Source of the DNA: Desulfuromonas sp.
GTDB taxonomy: Bacteria; Desulfobacterota; Desulfuromonadia; Desulfuromonadales; BM103
Assembly: GCA_002869725.1 (NCBI GenBank)
Contig: PKTY01000137.1
Span: 1-50,084, forward strand
Direction of reading: 5' to 3'
DNA length: 50,084 nucleotides
Numbering within the stretch: the stretch's first letter is position 1; the number at the start of each line of letters is the position of its first letter. The position numbers and the translations under genes were made by a program. Of the stretch, positions 42,111 through 48,574 are shown piece after piece. Below the pieces are notes generated by a model. The model searched no databases, had not been told where the DNA came from, and was given only the letters and a program-made list of their open reading frames with translations.

Positions 42111-43526
42111 CTACTCGCTGCCGGGGAGCACCAGATAGCGGTTTTCGTCCCCCCTACCAACCAGCAACAGCAGGTTGGCGTTGTTCGGTAGTCTGCCGCG
42201 CACTCTTTGCAACTGCTCGAGGGTCACAACATCCTGCCGGTTGACAGCCAGAATACGGTCACCAACCTGAACACCGGCCAGATCAGCGATACTCCCCTGA
42301 ACCACGTGCCTAACCTCAATTCCCTGCCCAGTCTCGGCCAGGCTCATCCCCAGCCACTGTTGGCGGTCGATCTCATCGACAGCGTGAGCGACAGCCTGCT
42401 CGGAGCGGGCCGTGAGAATCACATTCAAGGTCAGCCGGCTGCCGTTGCGCTGTATTTCGAGCGGAACCGGTTTACCGACCGGTGAACTGGCCACCAGTAG
42501 CTGCAGTTCGCGGACACCGCGCACCGTCTCGCCGTTGAAGCTGAGCAACACATCCCCCCGTTGCAGACCGGCACGCTGGGCGGGCGTCTCTTTCATGACC
42601 CGGGTGACCAGAGCCCCAGTGGCCCGATCGAGACCGAACGATTCCGCCAGATTGGCATCGAGGGGCTGAATGCTCACCCCCAGCCAGCCGCGGGTGACTT
42701 CTCCCTTATCGATCAACTGGTCGGCAATCAGCTTCGCCAGGTTGACTGGAATGGCGAAGCCAATCCCCTGTCCGCTGGCAGCGATCGCCGTATTGATACC
42801 GACCACTTCGCCGTAGATATTGAGCAGAGGGCCGCCGGAGTTGCCCGGATTAATCGAGGCGTCGGTCTGAATGAAATCCTCGTAATCCTCGATCCCCACA
42901 TTGGCGCGACCGGTGGCCGAGATCACCCCCACGGTCAGAGTGCTGTCCAGGCCAAAGGGGTTGCCGATGGCCAGCGCCCACTGACCGACTTTGATACGGT
43001 TGGAATCGCCGAGCGCCAACACCGGCAAAGAGTCGTCCTCGATTTTAATGACGGCAACGTCGGTTTTTGGGTCGGTGCCGACCACCTCGCCACCAAAGGT
43101 CCGTTGATCCGGCAACCGGACGCTGATCTGCTCGGCACCGCTGACCACATGCTCGTTGGTCAGAATATAACCGTCACTGCTGATGATAAAACCGGATCCG
43201 AGGCTCTGCTCCCGACTCTCCCCTCGTGGCTGGCGGAAAAACTCGCCGAAGAACTCCTCGAACAGGGGGGAGGGCCGTTCTCTTCTGGAAACCCGTTCGG
43301 CACGGATATTGACCACTGCAGGGGTCGCCTTTGCCGAGACCTCGATGAAAGCCTGCTGGGTCGCAAGCAGTTCCGGAGCAGGATTGACCGCCGGCGGAGG
43401 CGCAACCTTGAGGCGGGTGGCACCCGCCTCTGAAGCCGACTGCTCGGAGCGGTCGCAGGAGACCAGCAGCAGGCCGATAGCCAGCCCGGCGACTCCCAGA
43501 CCAATTTTCCTGAACAGCTTGCCCAT
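42111..43526 (-). CDS. DegP/DegQ (HtrA) serine protease with two PDZ domains, probable lipoprotein
   Basis: SLGSGFII, TNEHVV, IQTDASINPGNSGGPL, RGWLGV; lipobox-like LLVS-C. Confidence 0.95.
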   Translation of the reverse strand: MGKLFRKIGLGVAGLAIGLLLVSCDRSEQSASEAGATRLKVAPPPAVNPAPELLATQQAFIEVSAKATPAVVNIRAERVSRRERPSPLFEEFFGEFFRQPRGESREQSLGSGFIISSDGYILTNEHVVSGAEQISVRLPDQRTFGGEVVGTDPKTDVAVIKIEDDSLPVLALGDSNRIKVGQWALAIGNPFGLDSTLTVGVISATGRANVGIEDYEDFIQTDASINPGNSGGPLLNIYGEVVGINTAIAASGQGIGFAIPVNLAKLIADQLIDKGEVTRGWLGVSIQPLDANLAESFGLDRATGALVTRVMKETPAQRAGLQRGDVLLSFNGETVRGVRELQLLVASSPVGKPVPLEIQRNGSRLTLNVILTARSEQAVAHAVDEIDRQQWLGMSLAETGQGIEVRHVVQGSIADLAGVQVGDRILAVNRQDVVTLEQLQRVRGRLPNNANLLLLVGRGDENRYLVLPGSE

Positions 43527-43554
43527 AGAGACCTTATCCCCTTAACTTTCGCAG

Positions 43555-43582
43555 AGTATCGAAAACCTGGGCATTGTGTCAA
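43555..43582 (-). promoter_or_regulatory. Putative sigma70 promoter of the degP-like gene
   Basis: Minus strand TTGACA-N16-GATACT about 29 nt upstream of the ATG. Confidence 0.5.
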
Positions 43583-43888
43583 TCCGCGCCAGCCAGCTTA
43601 TTATTTGGTTTTGTTGATTTAAGGTCATCGTGAGATGATAAGTTTTATCGTGCGCTGTCCGGCCCCGAGCGTGGAGCCTTGAGGCTCGCGCAGCAGGTTC
43701 CGACCCTGACCACTGACACAGCCGCAGCTCCAACAGGGCAAACCCTCAAAAATCAGACATTCACCCTGTGAACTAAAGTCTGTTAAATGGGTTAAAGGGC
43801 AGAATGGCAAATATATCTTAATTCAGGAGGTTCTGGTTATATCAGACTCTCAACGGTTCCGTTCCGAAAATTATCCTCAGGAGTCGCC

Positions 43889-44218
43889 ATGCTGGTTGAA
43901 AAACGTAACGAAGTAACGATTTTCACTCCCGGGCAGCGGGTTGATGCCAACAATTCTGCCGATATCGAAAAAACGATCTTTGAAAACGTCGGGAATGGAG
44001 GCGGAAAGGTCATTATCGACCTGTCGCAAGTGGACTACATGTCCAGTGCCGGGCTCCGGGTTCTGCTGGTGACAGCAAAACATATGACGCAAGGAGGTGG
44101 ACGGTTAGGACTCTGCCATCTCAATGCCCACGTTAAAGAGATCATCGAAGTGACCGGTTTTGTCGGGATCATTCAATGTTACGACTCAGTCGATCAGTGC
44201 CTTGCAAGTTTTCAATGA
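43889..44218 (+). CDS. STAS domain anti-sigma factor antagonist (SpoIIAA/RsbV-like)
   Basis: RVDANNS, IIDLSQVDYMSSAGLRVLL, EVTGF; AGGAG RBS. Confidence 0.93.
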   Translation: MLVEKRNEVTIFTPGQRVDANNSADIEKTIFENVGNGGGKVIIDLSQVDYMSSAGLRVLLVTAKHMTQGGGRLGLCHLNAHVKEIIEVTGFVGIIQCYDSVDQCLASFQ

Positions 44219-44384
44219 ACCTACCGATGGTGAACTGCAGAGAATAATGGAGATGTATTAGAAATATCCGTGCTCCGTTTTATGAAAAATTCAAAATATG
44301 AGTTTACTTCTCTTTGCAAGCTGCTATATTTAACGGGTTTCTAGGAAGTTTATTGACACGTCCTACATGAATCAGGAGGAAAAA

Positions 44385-44897
44385 ATGGCCGAGAAGACCG
44401 CTGTGACGGAAGAGGAAAAAGGAGCTGCTGGGACGGAGGAAAAGGAACTTACTCGTTTTGAACAAGCGGGCAAGGTTGTGAAAAATCACCTCTACATGTC
44501 TGCCGGCATGGGAGTCATCCCTATCCCTCTTGTCGATATGGTCGGCTTCATGGCTGTGCAGTACGACATGTCCAAGAAACTGGCCGAAATTTACGAAGTC
44601 GATTTTTCCAAAGAGCGGGTACGCACGATCGTCATCGCTCTGCTCGGTAGCGTTCTGCCGTTGACCCTGACCGGGGCAACCGCCAGTCTGCTCAAGTTCG
44701 TTCCGGTTCTTGGTTCGTTCGCGGGGGCCCTCTCGGTCAGTACCCTGGGTACGGCCTCGACCTATGCTATCGGCCGGGTCCTTATCCAACACTTCGAAAC
44801 AGGCGGCACTCTCCTTGATTTCGATGCCGACAAAATGCGCGAGTTCTTCAAGAGCGAGTTTGAAACTGGCAAGCAGGCGGCAAAAGCTGCCAAGTGA
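44385..44897 (+). CDS. DUF697-like (YcjF-related) helical protein, paralogue 1
   Basis: GVIPIPLVD..VQ..M..LA.IY, SLLKFVPVLG, TYAIG, HFETGGTLLDFD; AGGAGG RBS. Confidence 0.8.
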   Translation: MAEKTAVTEEEKGAAGTEEKELTRFEQAGKVVKNHLYMSAGMGVIPIPLVDMVGFMAVQYDMSKKLAEIYEVDFSKERVRTIVIALLGSVLPLTLTGATASLLKFVPVLGSFAGALSVSTLGTASTYAIGRVLIQHFETGGTLLDFDADKMREFFKSEFETGKQAAKAAK

Positions 44898-44904
44898 GTC
44901 CTTG

Positions 44905-44944
44905 TAACCAGGGCCCTCCAGGCGAGGAGGGCTCTGGTTATTTT
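44905..44944 (+). terminator. Strong hairpin/terminator after DUF697 paralogue 1
   Basis: TAACCAGGGCCCTCC-aggcga-GGAGGGCTCTGGTTA (15 bp, one G-U) followed by TTTT. Confidence 0.75.
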
Positions 44945-44967
44945 GAATGATAAGTGACAGGTGTTCC

Positions 44968-45138
44968 ATGGGACTGATCATGTCGCCTCACTTTTTTATT
45001 TACCTGTTGATATGCATTGTCATAGCGACATTTGGCTATCGCAAAAAGCTTGGATTCTGGGGCTATCTGTTTGCCTCCTTGTTATTAACCCCTCTTCTGG
45101 GTCTGCTCCTGGTAATTGTTTCCGACCAGAAGTCCTGA
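44968..45138 (+). CDS. Small two-helix membrane protein
   Basis: Two hydrophobic segments around GYRKKLGFWGY and LLTPLLG; start uncertain (44947/44968/44980). Confidence 0.7.
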   Translation: MGLIMSPHFFIYLLICIVIATFGYRKKLGFWGYLFASLLLTPLLGLLLVIVSDQKS

Positions 45139-45145
45139 TCGCGGC

Positions 45146-45832
45146 GTGACTACCCTTTTCTGCCTGCCGTTTGCCGGCGGTAACCTTTCGTCGTTCTTCT
45201 TCCTGAAGCCTTACCTTCCATCGCACCTGCGCCTTGAGGTTCTTGAATACCCCGGCCATGGCCGGCGCATCAAGATCCCGCCCTTGGAAAGCCTGGATGA
45301 AATCACTGAAGATCTTTTCGTTCAGCTGCGCTCGCGGGTGCAGGGTAAATACCTGCTATACGGACACAGCATGGGGGCGTGCATGACGTATCTGCTGGCC
45401 GAGCGGATCTACACCAGCGCAACCACTGGACCGAAACATCTCGTCCTGAGCGGCCATGGTCCGCCCGGGCTTCGGCCAAAACAGCCAAGACACCTTCTGC
45501 CGCGCTCCGATTTTTTGGCCCTGATCGCCAGGGTGCAGGGGACTCCGGCGGAAGTTTTGGCCTGTCAGGAACTTCTTGACTTTATGGAGCCGGTACTGCG
45601 TGCCGATTTCAAGGCGATGGACACCTATCTGCGGCCCGCCCTTCCGCCACTCCCCTACCCGATGGCTGTACTGCATGGCCAGGATGATCCGTTCACGACA
45701 CGCGATGAAGCGCTTTCCTGGCAAAAACTCGCCGGCAACACTTTCACGTTCGAGGAGTTGAGCGGCGGGCATTTCTTCATTCATGACCACCCGACCCGTA
45801 TTGCCCAAGTTTTCGCAGAGATCTCACCCTGA
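45146..45832 (+). CDS. Type II thioesterase (GrsT/SrfAD-like)
   Basis: LFCLPFAGG, YPGHGRR, GHSMG, VLRADF, GGHFF; GTG start at 45146. Confidence 0.93.
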   Translation: MTTLFCLPFAGGNLSSFFFLKPYLPSHLRLEVLEYPGHGRRIKIPPLESLDEITEDLFVQLRSRVQGKYLLYGHSMGACMTYLLAERIYTSATTGPKHLVLSGHGPPGLRPKQPRHLLPRSDFLALIARVQGTPAEVLACQELLDFMEPVLRADFKAMDTYLRPALPPLPYPMAVLHGQDDPFTTRDEALSWQKLAGNTFTFEELSGGHFFIHDHPTRIAQVFAEISP

Positions 45833-46203
45833 CAGCTTGTTGGGAAATATCATACTGGTGATGGAAAGAAAAATGTGTCGACTTGACTGCGGGAGGACGG
45901 ACCATGGCTGGCATACAAACGCTTCCCGCTTGAGCCATGCCAAATCAAACTGTTGGAAAGTTCTGCTGGCAAGCTTCGCTGGAGTTGTGTCCGTTCTATG
46001 AGCCGTCTTTTATCTCAGCGGAAAATCGTTCTGGCAATATCGGGGAGTCCCCCCTATAATGCGACCCTGATAGACAGTCGCACTACCTTAATTTCCAACC
46101 TTTTGGAGTTACACCTGACAGTTCCCTGACACTCCATAATTGACAGCCATTTCCAGCAGAGCTGCTATCTTTGCAGCCGACTTGAAGAACATTGGGAAAG
46201 CGG

Positions 46204-47010
46204 ATGCCCCAGATTATCGCCATTGCAAACCACAAGGGTGGAGTTGGCAAAACAGCCACGGCGGTCAATCTCGCCGCTATTTTTGCTGACAAGGGGTATC
46301 GGACGCTGCTGGTCGATCTCGACCCCCAGGGCAACTCATCGGCCTGGCTCAATGCTACCGAAAATGGCGCGGCTCTGGTCGAAGCCCTGGCCAACGAGAC
46401 CTCTCTTGAAGTCGAGCAGACTCCTTTTTCCGGGCTTCAACTTGCCGCTGGCGGCCTTCCTCTGGCTGCAGCTCAAAAGTCTCTGGGTCATGAAGTTGGC
46501 GCGGAGCTGCTTCTTGGCGAGATGCTACAGCGTAGCCAGAAGCAATGGGATCTGGTCTTTCTCGACTGCCCCCCCAGCCTTGGGTTCCTCACCATCAATG
46601 CTCTGGCCGCATCGACTGGGGTTTTACTCCCTCTCGAAGCTCACCCTTTGGGGCTGCGTGGCCTGAGTGATTCCCGCAAAGTAGTCCATGCGGTTCAAAA
46701 ACGCTTAAATCCCGGGACAAGCATCATCGGAGTCGTTCCTTGCCGGGTCCACCCGCGGCGAGCTCTGCACCGCGAGGTGATGCTGGCCCTCGAAGACGCC
46801 TTCCCAGACCAGGTAACCCCATCCATCCGTGAAAATGTCGCTGTTGCCGAGGCGCCTGCCCACGGATTGCCGATCAATCTTTACAGCCCACGCTCGAATG
46901 GCTGCCTCGACTATCGAAAGGTCGCCAATTGGCTGGCCAAAAGGCTTTTCTTAGGAGAATCTCATGTCAACCCGCAAGGTCAGAATGCCCAAAAACCCAC
47001 TGGAAAGTGA
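46204..47010 (+). CDS. ParA/Soj family ATPase (orphan, no ParB adjacent)
   Basis: Deviant Walker A ANHKGGVGKT, DLDPQGN, DCPPSLG, IRENVAVAEAP. Confidence 0.93.
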   Translation: MPQIIAIANHKGGVGKTATAVNLAAIFADKGYRTLLVDLDPQGNSSAWLNATENGAALVEALANETSLEVEQTPFSGLQLAAGGLPLAAAQKSLGHEVGAELLLGEMLQRSQKQWDLVFLDCPPSLGFLTINALAASTGVLLPLEAHPLGLRGLSDSRKVVHAVQKRLNPGTSIIGVVPCRVHPRRALHREVMLALEDAFPDQVTPSIRENVAVAEAPAHGLPINLYSPRSNGCLDYRKVANWLAKRLFLGESHVNPQGQNAQKPTGK

Positions 47011-47581
47011 CGATATCGAGGCCACAGCAGATGTCGACTCCGTACTTGGCAGTTCGGCATCTGAAACAGCTCAAGCGGTCGAGGTGTCGGCCGATGAGGA
47101 TCCGGCGCAGGAGGAATCTCCCGGCAAACTGGGACCTCAGGGGAAGGCGATGCGGGCTTTGCAGAAGCGCGTCCTGGCAGCATCAGCTGCCGGCCTGATC
47201 CCATCACCTTTTATCGACCTCGCCATGATCGGTTCGATCCAACTCGAATTGATCAGAGCCCTCGCGAAAATCTACCAGGTTCCCTACCGAAAATCTCTTG
47301 GCAAGTCGCTGCTGGCCGGCCTGACCGGCGGGGTCGTTCCGGTTTTTGGCGCGCCCACCGTTGGCTCGCTGCTCAAACTCGTTCCCGTTGTCGGCATGTC
47401 TGCTGCGGCACTCTCAGTTTCGGCGCTGGGGGCAGCAACCACCTACGCGGTAGGCCGAACCTTTATCATGCATTTTGAAACCGGTGGAACTCTGCTCGAC
47501 TTCGATGTCAGAACGATGCGGGCCCATTTCCGCCGAGAGTTCGCCAATGCTTCCGAAACCTCTCAGGACGTTGCAGGCTAG
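46964..47581 (+). CDS. DUF697-like protein, paralogue 2, with basic then acidic N-terminal extension
   Basis: GLIPSPFID, SLLKLVPVVG, TYAVG, HFETGGTLLDFD shared with 44385-44897; AGGAG RBS inside parA. Confidence 0.8.
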   Translation: MSTRKVRMPKNPLESDDIEATADVDSVLGSSASETAQAVEVSADEDPAQEESPGKLGPQGKAMRALQKRVLAASAAGLIPSPFIDLAMIGSIQLELIRALAKIYQVPYRKSLGKSLLAGLTGGVVPVFGAPTVGSLLKLVPVVGMSAAALSVSALGAATTYAVGRTFIMHFETGGTLLDFDVRTMRAHFRREFANASETSQDVAG

Positions 47582-47625
47582 CGGAACACAGAATTGATCG
47601 GACAACGACCGAAACTTACTGTAAA

Positions 47626-47644
47626 GGCCTGTCTTAAACAGGCC
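47626..47644. other. Intergenic hairpin
   Basis: GGCCTGT-cttaa-ACAGGCC. Confidence 0.45.
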
Positions 47645-47676
47645 CAAAATGCTAAATCTTTAAGGAAAGAGGTCTT

Positions 47677-48564
47677 ATGAAAACAACGTTGCGCGGACTG
47701 GCGATTGCACTTCTCATCCCCCTGTTCCTCGCTGTCCAAGTGCATGCGGAAACAGCCTCGGTGACGCCGGAGACTCCGGCCAACTGGTGGCAGAAAAGCT
47801 CACTCGATCCGACAGCAGAATATTCAGGCTGGCTAAAAAGGCTCAACCTGTCCCTGACTTACAACCACCTGACGGGAAATACCGAAGGGTACGCGCTGGG
47901 GGGCAGCGCCGGTCTGACTTTGCGCAAAGGGCGCACGACCGGCACCCTCTCCTATGACATCAACAAAAAGGACATCACTCAGGGTGAAGAGGATACCGTC
48001 AAAAGCGAAAAATGGACAACGGTTTTGGCCGGCCAATACGACTTCTGCCGTTCTGGTTATGGAAGCGCAGCGTATATCTGGGAACAGGACAGTAACAACA
48101 ACATCGAGATGCGCGAAATCACCGTGGCAGGGATCGGCAGTTACCTGGTCAGTTCCGAACGACTCAACCTGAACCTTTTTTTGGGCGCCGGCCAGACCGA
48201 CGAAGACTACGACCATATCGTGAAACGCTATACCGCCATCGACAACCGGACTTACAACATGCTCTATCTCTACCAGACCTTGGAATGGCAGATTACCGAG
48301 TGGCTGACCTTGAGCCAGGGGGTCCGGCTGATTCACTCCTTCTCGGAAATGAATGAGTTCTCTATGGAGGATGAAACCTCCGCAGTCAGCGTCACCGGAC
48401 AGAGCCGCCGCGACCTCTTGATGGTCAAAGTGGAACTACAGGTGCCGATCCGCCAGTACTTCAGCATTTTCAGCTCCTGGAATCTCAATTACGACTCCCA
48501 CCCCTGGCCCGGCAATGACAGCACGGATACTCTGACTACCGTTGGCCTGCGTTTCTCCCACTGA
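47677..48564 (+). CDS. Outer-membrane beta-barrel protein (DUF481-like)
   Basis: Sec signal ending VHA, TGNTE motif, alternating amphipathic strands, C-terminal TVGLRFSH. Confidence 0.7.
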   Translation: MKTTLRGLAIALLIPLFLAVQVHAETASVTPETPANWWQKSSLDPTAEYSGWLKRLNLSLTYNHLTGNTEGYALGGSAGLTLRKGRTTGTLSYDINKKDITQGEEDTVKSEKWTTVLAGQYDFCRSGYGSAAYIWEQDSNNNIEMREITVAGIGSYLVSSERLNLNLFLGAGQTDEDYDHIVKRYTAIDNRTYNMLYLYQTLEWQITEWLTLSQGVRLIHSFSEMNEFSMEDETSAVSVTGQSRRDLLMVKVELQVPIRQYFSIFSSWNLNYDSHPWPGNDSTDTLTTVGLRFSH

Positions 48565-48574
48565 ACCAGCAAAC

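Noticed and set aside
43690..43715. Minus-strand GGTCAGGGTCGGAA resembles the SRP RNA core
   Set aside because: Lacks the GGAAGGAAGCAGC continuation and the long SRP hairpin
43733..43790. ACAGGGCAAACC resembles the 5' end of a c-di-GMP-I (GEMM) riboswitch
   Set aside because: The following GNRA-capped P2 stem and the GACGCAAAG junction are absent
43527..43888. Integrative element boundary (att site or tRNA) at the start of the accessory locus
   Set aside because: No tRNA, integrase or direct repeat visible; the ParA alone does not show mobility
45783..46001. Short Cys-containing ORF between TEII and parA, considered as a RiPP precursor or small protein
   Set aside because: No leader motif, weak RBS, no modifying enzyme nearby; the 370-bp gap more likely holds a promoter (TATAAT near 46055)
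45900..46040. Several TGGCA sites as sigma54 promoters
   Set aside because: None shows the required GG-N10-GC spacing
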